A DNA stretch of 64,000 bases, from positions 23 to 64,022 of the forward strand of contig PBOZ01000059.1 of assembly GCA_002724555.1 (NCBI GenBank). The letters run 5' to 3'. The notes below the pieces were generated by a model. That model was not told the origin of the DNA and searched no databases. It worked only from the letters and a program-made list of their open reading frames with translations. Shown here piece after piece: positions 1-8,268 of this stretch. The position numbers and the translations under genes are program-made. This DNA comes from Rickettsiales bacterium. GTDB taxonomy: Bacteria > Pseudomonadota > Alphaproteobacteria > UBA8366. Numbering within the stretch: position 1 is the first letter of the stretch; each line of letters begins with the position of its first letter.

Positions 1-1
1 T

Positions 2-271
2 ATCCTTCGTAATCATGGTCTACTATCCGTCGCCAAGACGGTGGGCGAAGCCTTCGTATTTTTATATCGGATTGAGACTGCGTGCCGCCACCAGATTGAT
101 GCGATGACTGGTGGTGCCGAGCTACAACAGATTTCTGAAGTTACCCAACAGAAATCCATTGAAATGGGCCTCAGCATGTACGGCCCTGGCGGCTTCATCG
201 AAGCTGGAATGGAGTGGCCGATGTTGCTTCGCCAGCTCGAACGCGCCGGTTTAGACGATTACATGCGTTAA
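2..271 (+). CDS. class II aldolase/adducin-family protein, C-terminal fragment (5' end outside window)
   Basis: Frame is open from the window edge. Translation ILRNHGLLSVAKTVGEAFVFLYRIETACRHQ... matches the conserved LRNHG..xxG.t..EAF block near the C-terminus of class II aldolase/adducin-domain proteins. Stop at 269-271. Confidence 0.7.
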   Translation: MLRNHGLLSVAKTVGEAFVFLYRIETACRHQIDAMTGGAELQQISEVTQQKSIEMGLSMYGPGGFIEAGMEWPMLLRQLERAGLDDYMR

Positions 272-283
272 GAACAAGGCGGA

Positions 284-484
284 CTAAAACTTCGTTTTGA
301 GACGCAGCGTCTTCTGGTCGAAATCGCTCAAGGGGCGGCAGGGAGCCGGGTTAACATCCATCGTGTAAAGATCAGAATTGGAAGCCTTATCTTCTTTCGT
401 GACGAGCGTATCGCGAATAGCTTCGGTTAGCGCACCGTTGAAACTTTTCGGTTCGTGATGGGCACGGACAATGAAACCGTGCAT
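284..484 (-). pseudogene. truncated flavodoxin-like-fold NAD(P)H:quinone oxidoreductase (only about the N-terminal third)
   Basis: ATG at 482-484, 66 codons. MHGFIVRAHHEPKSFNGAL...SDLYTMDVNP resembles the N-terminus of NQO1/KefF-type Flavodoxin_2 proteins (..AH.E..SFN.A...SDLYAMNFNP). Relatives are about 190-270 aa. Here the frame stops at 284, 13 nt from the convergent aldolase stop, so no room remains for the rest. Confidence 0.55.
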
Positions 485-491
485 CGTGCCG

Positions 492-881
492 CTATTTTTT
501 TGTTTTTTTCTCGGTAGGCCCGCCCGCCTCCCGCCAGGCGGGCAAACCACCCTCAAGCTGCGCGACATTGGTGATGCCCATATCTTTGAGCGACTTGGCG
601 GAGAGGGCTGAACGTGGGTTGCCGTTGCAGAACAAAACGTAAGTTTTTTCCTTCTCGCCATAAATTTCTCGATAGTAAGGGCTTTCTGGGTCGAACCAGA
701 ATTCAATCATTCCGCGCGGCGCGTGATGGGAGCCAGTGATAGTGTCGCTTTTCTCGACCTCGCGGATATCGCGGACGTCGACGAACACCAATTCGCCACT
801 GTCTTTTCGTGTGATTGCGTCTTTGGCGTTGATTGATTCGATTTCGCTGATGGCCTGTTCGGCTAGCTGCATAATTCCCAT
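492..881 (-). CDS. rhodanese-domain sulfurtransferase
   Basis: 129-aa ORF with GGAG 9 nt upstream of the ATG. Single rhodanese fold: VFVDVRDIREV, active-site loop FCNGNPRS (Cys-x5-R/S), and C-terminal GGLPAWREAGGP. Confidence 0.85.
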   Translation of the reverse strand: MGIMQLAEQAISEIESINAKDAITRKDSGELVFVDVRDIREVEKSDTITGSHHAPRGMIEFWFDPESPYYREIYGEKEKTYVLFCNGNPRSALSAKSLKDMGITNVAQLEGGLPAWREAGGPTEKKTKK

Positions 882-885
882 AGTG

Positions 886-1317
886 CTACTCCGCTTTCAG
901 AAAGTCGTATTGATATTGCCGCTCCGCGATTCGCCAGCCTTTGGCCGTTCGGCGGAATTTGTCACGATACTCGACGATGGCACGCGGAGCCACGTTGGGC
1001 GAAGGCGTGCCCTCGCACGGGTCCTCTTGGCGAAACACCATCGCGTAAGAGGTGCCGGTCGCATTTTCCGTATCAACCACGTCAACGAGCTGATTGACTG
1101 AACAATGGCGAGCCCTCCGGTTTCTTGGATAAGCCTTAATCCAGTCGAGAATTTCTGCCTGTCCGGTCATTTCCGGGTGCGCTGCAGGATTGTAATAGGC
1201 ATCTTCGGTAAAGAGGTTTGCAAACGCCTCTGGTGCCAGATGGTCGACATGTTGACAATAAAGCAGCATCAGCCTTCGGCATTCGTGCTCAATGAGCATG
1301 CGTGTTATATCGTCCAT
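886..1317 (-). CDS. SnoaL-like / NTF2-superfamily protein
   Basis: ORF-track ORF is 886..1335. I prefer the ATG at 1317 because AAGGAGGG (complement of 1323-1330) lies 5 nt upstream. The sequence (ECRRLMLLYCQHVDHLAPEAFANLFTEDAYY...) is typical of SnoaL_4/NTF2-like proteins. Confidence 0.7.
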   Translation of the reverse strand: MDDITRMLIEHECRRLMLLYCQHVDHLAPEAFANLFTEDAYYNPAAHPEMTGQAEILDWIKAYPRNRRARHCSVNQLVDVVDTENATGTSYAMVFRQEDPCEGTPSPNVAPRAIVEYRDKFRRTAKGWRIAERQYQYDFLKAE

Positions 1318-1367
1318 GGTATCCCTCCTTTCCATCTATTCTTTGGCGCGTGAAAAATGAGCCGGTT

Positions 1368-2240
1368 TTACCATGTCTCTGGCCGGAATGTTTTCAGCGC
1401 GTTCCAATCCGGTGTCGATTTGCCGATGGGGTCAAGCGGCTGGATGACCAGCTGGGTTGCGCCAGCCTCGATATGGGCCTGAAGGCCCCGCCTGATATTG
1501 TCTTCGCTACCCCAGAGGACCATCGCATCCAGGAACCGTTCGTTGCCACCGCCCTCAAGTTCGCGCTCGCTGAAGCCGATTCGAAGCCAGTTGTTGCGGT
1601 AGTTCGGCATAGCCAGATAGCGCGCCATGTTTCGTGCAGCGACACTGCGGGCGACCGTTTGGTCTTGGGTGAAGACAATTTTCTGTTCTACGCAGAGCCA
1701 CCTATCGGGGCCCATGATCTCCTTTGCCATAGAAGTGTGCTCGGGCGTGACGCAATAAGGGAGCGAGCCCTCCGCCATATCGCGGGAGAGTTCTAACATC
1801 TTTGGTCCAAGGGCGGCGAGAACGACGTTACGGGAAGGCACTTTAAGATCAACCTCCGCCTCCGCCATGCCTTGGAGATAGGTGCGCATGGTTGCGACCG
1901 GCTTGCCGAATGCATGACCCCGCCGCCCGGTCACCAGCGGGACATGCGAGACGCCGAGGCCCAAGCAGAAGCGGTCACCGTACAATGTGTTGAGTGAATT
2001 GTGGCCTGAAATCGCGGTGTAAGGGTCGCGCGCGTATATATTCGCGATACCGCTCGCTACCTTGAGCTTAGTACTGTTGGAAAGCAGGTAGCTACCCATG
2101 GCGAGAGATTCATAAGTGGTCGATTCAGGATACCAAAGCGTATCGTAGCCAAGGTCTTCGACGCCGCGTGCCAATTCCGCTAGCTCTTCCCGGTTTAAGG
2201 CGTTAGTCGATACCCATGCGCCGATCTTGCCCATCTCCAT
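1368..2240 (-). CDS. luciferase-like (LLM class) flavin/F420-dependent oxidoreductase
   Basis: 290 aa, AGGAGA 7 nt upstream. Blocks GAWVSTNAL..ELAELARGVEDLGYDTLWYPES and LGLGVSH are typical of LLM-class oxidoreductases. Confidence 0.8.
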   Translation of the reverse strand: MEMGKIGAWVSTNALNREELAELARGVEDLGYDTLWYPESTTYESLAMGSYLLSNSTKLKVASGIANIYARDPYTAISGHNSLNTLYGDRFCLGLGVSHVPLVTGRRGHAFGKPVATMRTYLQGMAEAEVDLKVPSRNVVLAALGPKMLELSRDMAEGSLPYCVTPEHTSMAKEIMGPDRWLCVEQKIVFTQDQTVARSVAARNMARYLAMPNYRNNWLRIGFSERELEGGGNERFLDAMVLWGSEDNIRRGLQAHIEAGATQLVIQPLDPIGKSTPDWNALKTFRPETW

Positions 2241-2352
2241 GGCTCGTCTCCTAATTTTTGCTCAACATTTCACTAAAGTTGGCCGCACACCAGCAATTGC
2301 GAGCTGCTTTTTACTTCCGATCTCCGTGAATTGCGCTATTTTGTTTGCCGTT

Positions 2353-2973
2353 ATGACCTATTCATTTGATGATGCGCTGCGTCGGACGCTACTGAACAAT
2401 ATTGATGGTTTTGAGGACCGTCGCGGGGCCAAAGAAGGGCTGCGGCATGCAGCTGTGTCTATCGTCGTGGTAGGTGCAGACGGCGAGGCTGCCTTTATTT
2501 TGACGAAACGGAGCCCTCGGCTGAACGCACATTCAGGCCAGTTTGCGTTGCCAGGTGGTCGTGTTGATGAAGGTGAGACAGCGTTGGAAGCGGCGCTCCG
2601 GGAGATGCGCGAGGAGATTAATGTTAATCTTACTTCGGATCACCTTATGGGAACGCTGGATGACTATCCGACCCGTTCAGGTTACCGGATAACGCCCTTC
2701 GTATTCTGGGTTGATAAAGAAATCAAACCCAAGGCCAATCCCAGTGAGGTCGCGATTATTTATAAAGTGCCGCTTCGGGAATTGGCGCATCCGGAGGCTC
2801 CAGAATTTGCCTCTATTCCCGAGAGCGACCGGCCGCTAATCCGTCTTAATATCGTCAACACCCAGGTACACGCGCCGACTGCGGCCGTCGTTTATCAATT
2901 CCGCGAAGTGGGCATATTCGGTCGGAACACCCGTGTCGAGCATCTGGAGCAACCGGTTTGGGCTTGGAACTAA
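2353..2973 (+). CDS. NUDIX hydrolase, CoA pyrophosphatase type
   Basis: Nudix box GGRVDEGETALEAALREMREEINV, preceded by the CoA-pyrophosphatase signature LTKRSPRLNAHSGQFALPGG. The 2227 start in the ORF track overlaps the divergent upstream gene, so the ATG at 2353 is preferred. Confidence 0.8.
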   Translation: MTYSFDDALRRTLLNNIDGFEDRRGAKEGLRHAAVSIVVVGADGEAAFILTKRSPRLNAHSGQFALPGGRVDEGETALEAALREMREEINVNLTSDHLMGTLDDYPTRSGYRITPFVFWVDKEIKPKANPSEVAIIYKVPLRELAHPEAPEFASIPESDRPLIRLNIVNTQVHAPTAAVVYQFREVGIFGRNTRVEHLEQPVWAWN

Positions 2974-2976
2974 TTA

Positions 2977-3570
2977 ATGAAATTTGACAATTCATTTGAT
3001 GTCTCTTTACCACCGGCGGAAGCTTGGATTGTGCTGATGGATGTAGAGCGCATTGCGCCCTGTATGCCGGGAGCGACCTTGACAGAAATCATTGATGATA
3101 AAAATTTCAGAGGCACTGTGTCAGTACGCCTCGGCCCAGTAGCGCTTACCTTTGAGGGGGAAGCAGGCTTTGAAAATGTTGATGAAGTAGCCCAGACCGC
3201 GGAAGTGAAGGCGCAAGGAAAAGACCCAAAGGGCCGTGGTGGCGCCAATGCGGCTGTAACATTCAGCATTGAACCGATTGATACGGGCTCGAGAGTCTTA
3301 ATTGAAACCGATCTGACCCTGTCTGGTTCCGTCGCGCAATATGGTCGCGGCGTTGGTATGATCCAATCGGTGGCGTCGCAGCTGATCGGCCAGTTCGCCA
3401 AAGCGTTGGAAGATGAGATTGCGAGGGATAAGGCGGCTTCGGTGGGAGAACATTTAGAAGTATCGACCTCCCCAGCTCCAGAAGCTACCGCAGAGCCGCA
3501 AGTAATTTCTGGTTTATCACTCTTCTTCGCTGCTTTTGGCAATTGGCTGAAGACCCTTTTTAAAAGGTAG
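2977..3570 (+). CDS. CoxG-family SRPBCC protein (carbon monoxide dehydrogenase subunit G-like)
   Basis: 197 aa. N-terminal FDVSLPPAEAWIVLMDVERIAPCMPGA and GSVAQYGRGVGMIQSVASQLIGQFAKAL are characteristic of CoxG/SRPBCC. Lies 3 nt after the NUDIX stop. Confidence 0.8.
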   Translation: MKFDNSFDVSLPPAEAWIVLMDVERIAPCMPGATLTEIIDDKNFRGTVSVRLGPVALTFEGEAGFENVDEVAQTAEVKAQGKDPKGRGGANAAVTFSIEPIDTGSRVLIETDLTLSGSVAQYGRGVGMIQSVASQLIGQFAKALEDEIARDKAASVGEHLEVSTSPAPEATAEPQVISGLSLFFAAFGNWLKTLFKR

Positions 3571-3642
3571 TTTCGCCCTTCCAAACGCTTAGGATCCAGA
3601 GCTGCATCGATGCACTTCATCCTTAGCCTGCCTGAGTGTCGA

Positions 3643-6003
3643 TTATCCCTTCGCGACCTGTATCGCCTGCCATACCGCATGGGGCGTTGCAGGCATTTCG
3701 AGATGTTTCACGCCCAAGGGTCGTAATGCATCCACGATAGCGTTGACTACAGCCGCCGGCGCCCCGGTAGAGCCGGCCTCGCCAACGGACTTCACCCCAG
3801 TAGGCGTGTTCGCGCATGGAACTTCGAGAATTTCAGTTGAAAATGCTGGCAAATCGGCGGCCCTTGGCAGGGCACAATCCATGAAAGAACCCGAGAGTAA
3901 TTGCCCTGATTCAGGGTCTTTGACATTCCATTCCAGTAAGGCCTGTCCAACTCCTTGTGCCACGCCGCCTGTCAATTGACCCTCGACCACCATCGGATTG
4001 AGCACGCGGCCGACATCCTGGGCCATCACATAGTTTTCCAATGACACGACACCAGTTTCCGGATCGACCTCAACTTCGGCGATATGGCAGCCGTTTGGAT
4101 AGGTCGCGCCGATTGGATTGTAGCTATGCTCGATTTCGAGCCCACGATCCGCGGGAGCACCGTTGGCAATTGCCCGCGCAGCGACCTCAGCTAAACTTAC
4201 GCATCGATCCGTGCCTGCAACACTAAACAATGCATTCTTGTACTGAATATCGTTTTCTGCGGCTTCGAGCATATCTCCAGCGAGTTTTCGACCTTTCTTG
4301 ATGACCTCACCAGCGGCCAAGATCAGGGCGCTGCCGCAGACTGTCATCGACCGGGAGGCGCCGGTCCCCATGCCCCACGGCGTTTCTTTCGAATCGCCCT
4401 GAATAAGAGTTATGTTATTTATATCGATATCGATACAATCACTGAGCATTTGGGCGTAAACAGTCTCGTGTGACTGCCCGTTTGACATGGAACCAAGGCG
4501 CATTTGTACCTGGCCATCTGGGAGACACGAGATCACGGCACGGTCTGGGATCCCGGCGCCACAGGCCTCCAGTAAATTACCGTAGCCGAGACCGCGCAAC
4601 CGGCCTTGAGCCGCGCTTTTCGCCTTTCGCGCGTCAAAGCCGCTGAGATCGGCCATCCTTTCTGCCGAATCCATCACTTGAGCGAAATCGCCGCTATCCA
4701 AAGTGGTCCCAATGGCGGTTTTGAAGGGCATGGCTTCGGCTGAAATGAGGTTTTTCCTGCGTATGTCTCCGGCAGAGAGGCCCAATTTGGCCGCGGCCAT
4801 GTCAAACAGGCGTTCGATTATGAAAACGGCTTCGGGTGCTCCTGCACCTCGGTAGGGGCATGTTGGCATATTATGGGTATGGATCGCGCGAACGTTATAA
4901 TCGACAACGGGTAAGTCGTAGACGCTGGCACCCATAGTGCGCCACATATTTGGTGCCGTGGAGCCACGAGGGCCAAGAAAAGCGCCGAGATCGGCAAGTA
5001 TGTTGATCCGTAACGCCAAGACGTTGCCTTTTTTATCTAAGGCCATCTCCGCATCCGCGGCTTGTCCGCGTCCTTGATAGTCAGCGAGAAAGGTCTCGCT
5101 GCGGCTAGACTGCCAACTGACTGGGCGATCGAGTTTCTTTGCTGTCCAGAGCACGAGTGCTTGTTCAGGATAGAGCGGGTTTTTTGCGCCGAACCCGCCG
5201 CCTACGTCTTTGGTGACGGCCCGCACGCTATCTTCTGGCAGGCCGAAAACGAACTGCGCCAGATCCCGTCCGACTGTTTGCGGTTTTCCGGCTGCCGCAT
5301 GGAGGGTGTAGCATTCGGCATCCGCATCCCATAATCCAACATACCCTCGTGTCTCTAATGGGTTTTGAACCAATCGTCCGTTGTCGCTTGACAGGCGTAT
5401 GACTGTCGCGGCCGCGGTGATGGCTTCGTCCGCGGCATTGGCATTGCCGACCTGGAAGTTGAAACAACAATTGCCGGGCGATTGTTCCCAGATTTGCTGC
5501 GCGCCGCGAGCGGCGCTTGCGCGCACGTCTATCAAAGGTGTGAGCGGTTCGTAGTTGACGAAGACGGCTTCTGTTCCGTCAAGTGCCTGTTCGAGCGTTT
5601 CCGCGACAACCACGGCGACAGGTTGCCCAAGGTAGCGGACCAGATCTTTCGCTAAAACGGGTTGCGGCTGTCTGATGGACGGGTCACCCTTTGGGACGTC
5701 GGTCGGCACGTTAAAGGGTCGACGCTCCCACGGCAGGCCACCTAGGCCGTCTGCTGCTGTGTCACGGCCGGTCCAGATACCAAGCACGCCCGGCAATTCC
5801 GTTGCGTCGCGTGTTTCGATGTCAAGAATTCGTGCGTGCGGATAAATCGAGCGCACGACTGCCATATGGGTCATGCCTTTGATGCACAGGTCCGCGATAT
5901 ACCGGCCTTCGCCGCGCAGCAGCCGTGCATCCTCAAACCGTCGGACGGGTTTGCCCACCAAGCCGCCGGGTTTTGGCGTCCAGAGGATTTTCTCTTTAGA
6001 CAT
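3643..6003 (-). CDS. molybdopterin-binding large subunit of a xanthine dehydrogenase/CoxL-family hydroxylase
   Basis: 786 aa. CoxL-like N-terminus VGKPVRRFEDARLLRGEGRYIADL. Active-site region reads CPYRGAGAPE (form-II-like YRGAG), not the AYxCSFR loop of genuine CO dehydrogenases. Confidence 0.85.
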   Translation of the reverse strand: MSKEKILWTPKPGGLVGKPVRRFEDARLLRGEGRYIADLCIKGMTHMAVVRSIYPHARILDIETRDATELPGVLGIWTGRDTAADGLGGLPWERRPFNVPTDVPKGDPSIRQPQPVLAKDLVRYLGQPVAVVVAETLEQALDGTEAVFVNYEPLTPLIDVRASAARGAQQIWEQSPGNCCFNFQVGNANAADEAITAAATVIRLSSDNGRLVQNPLETRGYVGLWDADAECYTLHAAAGKPQTVGRDLAQFVFGLPEDSVRAVTKDVGGGFGAKNPLYPEQALVLWTAKKLDRPVSWQSSRSETFLADYQGRGQAADAEMALDKKGNVLALRINILADLGAFLGPRGSTAPNMWRTMGASVYDLPVVDYNVRAIHTHNMPTCPYRGAGAPEAVFIIERLFDMAAAKLGLSAGDIRRKNLISAEAMPFKTAIGTTLDSGDFAQVMDSAERMADLSGFDARKAKSAAQGRLRGLGYGNLLEACGAGIPDRAVISCLPDGQVQMRLGSMSNGQSHETVYAQMLSDCIDIDINNITLIQGDSKETPWGMGTGASRSMTVCGSALILAAGEVIKKGRKLAGDMLEAAENDIQYKNALFSVAGTDRCVSLAEVAARAIANGAPADRGLEIEHSYNPIGATYPNGCHIAEVEVDPETGVVSLENYVMAQDVGRVLNPMVVEGQLTGGVAQGVGQALLEWNVKDPESGQLLSGSFMDCALPRAADLPAFSTEILEVPCANTPTGVKSVGEAGSTGAPAAVVNAIVDALRPLGVKHLEMPATPHAVWQAIQVAKG

Positions 6004-6113
6004 GCTTAGGCTCCAGCATCATTCCTGCGGTGACGAAATTCCGGGCGGGCTAGGGCTCTTGCTGGATTGTTGCCGTTGCCGGAATGACGGTATTGTTTTG
6101 ACAAATCCAAAAC

Positions 6114-6812
6114 TTAGCCTGTGCCTTCCGCAACACCGCCGTTTGCCTCGGACCAGGCTTTTGGGTCGTTGAAATACTTTTCAACTTCAGAGAGCGTTTT
6201 ACTGTCGAAGAGGTCGTCGTCTTTCGCGACACGTAGGACGTCCCACCAAGTTGCAAGGTGGTGCATGTTCACCTTAGCCTCCTCTAGTATCGCAGGGCTG
6301 TCGGGAAAAATATCATAATAGAAAATAACAAATATATGGTCGACGCTGGCCCCAGCTTCGCGCAAAGCATTACAGAAATTAATCTTGGACCGCCCGTCGG
6401 TCGTCATGTCTTCGACCAGCAAGATGCGCTGACCTTCTTCAATAACGCCTTCGATTTGTGCATTGCGCCCGAAACCCTTTGGCTTCTTTCGCACATATTG
6501 CATTGGTAGCATCATCCGCTCCGCAATCCATGCAGCAAAAGGGATCCCCGCGGTCTCGCCGCCGGCTATAGCGTCGAATTGTTCAAATCCGGCGTTTTTT
6601 AAAATTTTTGAGACGCCAAACTCCATTAGCGTTTCCCGCACACGGGGGAAAGAGATCAGCCGCCTGCAATCGAGGTAGACTGGACTTGCCCATCCCGAGG
6701 TAAGAATGAACGGCTCCTTAGCGTTGAAGTTTACGGCACCAACTTCGACCAGCATTTTCGCGGTCACATCCGCCATTGTTCGTTCGTCTGGGAAAGCGCC
6801 CTGCATTGCCAT
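6114..6812 (-). CDS. pyrE: orotate phosphoribosyltransferase
   Basis: 232 aa. [18 protein letters not shown], the PRPP-binding motif [14 protein letters not shown], and [15 protein letters not shown] are typical of alphaproteobacterial PyrE. Confidence 0.9.
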   Translation of the reverse strand: MAMQGAFPDERTMADVTAKMLVEVGAVNFNAKEPFILTSGWASPVYLDCRRLISFPRVRETLMEFGVSKILKNAGFEQFDAIAGGETAGIPFAAWIAERMMLPMQYVRKKPKGFGRNAQIEGVIEEGQRILLVEDMTTDGRSKINFCNALREAGASVDHIFVIFYYDIFPDSPAILEEAKVNMHHLATWWDVLRVAKDDDLFDSKTLSEVEKYFNDPKAWSEANGGVAEGTG

Positions 6813-6886
6813 TACCCGGTCCCTTAGTTCTTTGTTTATCGATCCTTCAGCCTATAAGCCGATTCGGCCCCAATCGCCAAGACTGG

Positions 6887-7876
6887 TTAAACCTTAGCAA
6901 GTTCAAAAGTGGATGGTGCAAAGAGGTCCTCCGCCGTCAGTTTCCGATCGGTCAGGCCTTGATCAAAAGAATAGCGGCACATTGCCTCGATCACGGTGGC
7001 GTTTTGGCGAATACCGTAGGGCCAGTAATCTTCACCCATCAGTTTTTTCGCGGCTTCAAATTCGTCGACGGGCCATGGTAACGTGGTGAATAGATGTCCA
7101 ACTTTTGCAAGATTTGTGTAGCAAATCTGTTTTGCTTCGATAAAGGCATTCAACACATTCACAGGTAGCCAAGGATGTTGTTCGACCAGGCTCTTGCGGA
7201 TACCGACGATATGCATGATCGGAAAGAGCCCAGTTTTCTCATAGTAGGCTTCCTCTGCCGCACGATAATCTTGGAACAGTCTTGTTACCTTGGTGTTCTG
7301 CCCGAAGCAAGAAGGCGCGCGAGCGCTTATTAGGGCGTCGATGTCCCCGGTATCCAGCATCTCTGACAGGGTGCGATCGATAGGTATGGTCTGTAGATTT
7401 ACGTCAGTAGGCAGGCTCAAGTTGAGGTTGGGAATTTTACCACCTTCCTCAAGGCCGCCGTCCCGCCAACTCATGTCAGCTGGTTGCACGTTGTATTCGT
7501 CGGCCAACATCCCACGCACCCAGAGTGCGGCTGTCATCTGGTATTCTGGCACACCGACGATCTTTCCCTTCAAATCCTCTGGCTTCTCTATCCCTTTATC
7601 GGTCCGGATATATATGGAAGAGTGCCGGAACATCCGTGAAAGAAATGCGGGAATCCCGACGTACGGGCTGCCGTCTTTTGCGACTTGGTTCATGTAGCTC
7701 GACATAGAGAGTTCGGAGATATCGAACTCCTGGAATTTGAACGCCCGATGGAACGCCTCTTCTGGCGACATTGCGGTCATTACAATATCGCACCCCGCCA
7801 CCCGAACCTTTTCTTCAAAGATTGCGCGCGTCCGGTCGTAATCAACACAGGAAAGGCTCAATGTGAGGTGGGCCAT
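6887..7876 (-). CDS. 4,5-dihydroxyphthalate decarboxylase-like protein (NMT1/THI5-like binding-protein fold)
   Basis: LTLSLSCVDYDRTRAIFEEKVRVAGCDI...FQEFDISELSMSSY resembles the N-terminal blocks of PhtD-family proteins. The ORF-track start 7885 is GTG. The ATG at 7876 has GGAG 9 nt upstream and is preferred. Confidence 0.6.
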   Translation of the reverse strand: MAHLTLSLSCVDYDRTRAIFEEKVRVAGCDIVMTAMSPEEAFHRAFKFQEFDISELSMSSYMNQVAKDGSPYVGIPAFLSRMFRHSSIYIRTDKGIEKPEDLKGKIVGVPEYQMTAALWVRGMLADEYNVQPADMSWRDGGLEEGGKIPNLNLSLPTDVNLQTIPIDRTLSEMLDTGDIDALISARAPSCFGQNTKVTRLFQDYRAAEEAYYEKTGLFPIMHIVGIRKSLVEQHPWLPVNVLNAFIEAKQICYTNLAKVGHLFTTLPWPVDEFEAAKKLMGEDYWPYGIRQNATVIEAMCRYSFDQGLTDRKLTAEDLFAPSTFELAKV

Positions 7877-8268
7877 ATTAGGCACTCCAGTTTTGGCGGT
7901 TGAGAAAGAGTTAGGTGGGGAAGGGATTAGGGACAGGTTCTCTAATTCACACTGCCATTCTCGACTTTCACATAAGTATTCCTGCTCTTCGGCAAAGGGG
8001 AGAGGGGATTTTTTGATCTTCTAGGTATCATTCTTTTCTCTTTCAGAGGAGCAGAGTAAAAGTGTTGGCCTCTGCCCCAGAATTAATAATTAGGAACGTT
8101 TTATGATCGTAAGGGTAAATTCGCATTTCGCGCGCGGGGCAGCGGCTACCACGATTAATGTGAAGTTCATCGAGGAACAGCTGATTCTCAGTGATCTCAG
8201 GGCGATGCCGTCGATGCTCGACGAGCACATGACAATTCCTGCTGAATTGGCTACATAGTTCGTTAATC

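Noticed and set aside
2227-2352. Long N-terminal extensions offered by the ORF track (2227, 28808, 28741, 31650, 34893, 53813, 56439, 1335, 7885, 37026)
   Set aside because: In each case homology begins at an internal ATG that has a better Shine-Dalgarno sequence. The extension either overlaps the neighbouring or divergent gene or uses a GTG/TTG codon. Starts remain predictions.
3588-3626. Imperfect hairpin around a 12-nt perfect palindrome TGCATCGATGCA between the convergent coxG and CoxL-like genes
   Set aside because: It could be a bidirectional terminator, but there is no U-tract on either side. The central palindrome leaves only a 4-bp stem plus a short extension, so it is not reported as a terminator.
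2970-3680. 236-aa ORF on the minus strand
   Set aside because: It is entirely antisense to the well-supported coxG-family gene. Its Ser/Ala/Arg-rich low-complexity translation is typical of a shadow ORF.
3643-6003. CoxL-like gene as a genuine aerobic CO dehydrogenase
   Set aside because: The active-site loop is PYRGAGA rather than AYxCSFR, and no coxM/coxS/coxDEF genes are present.
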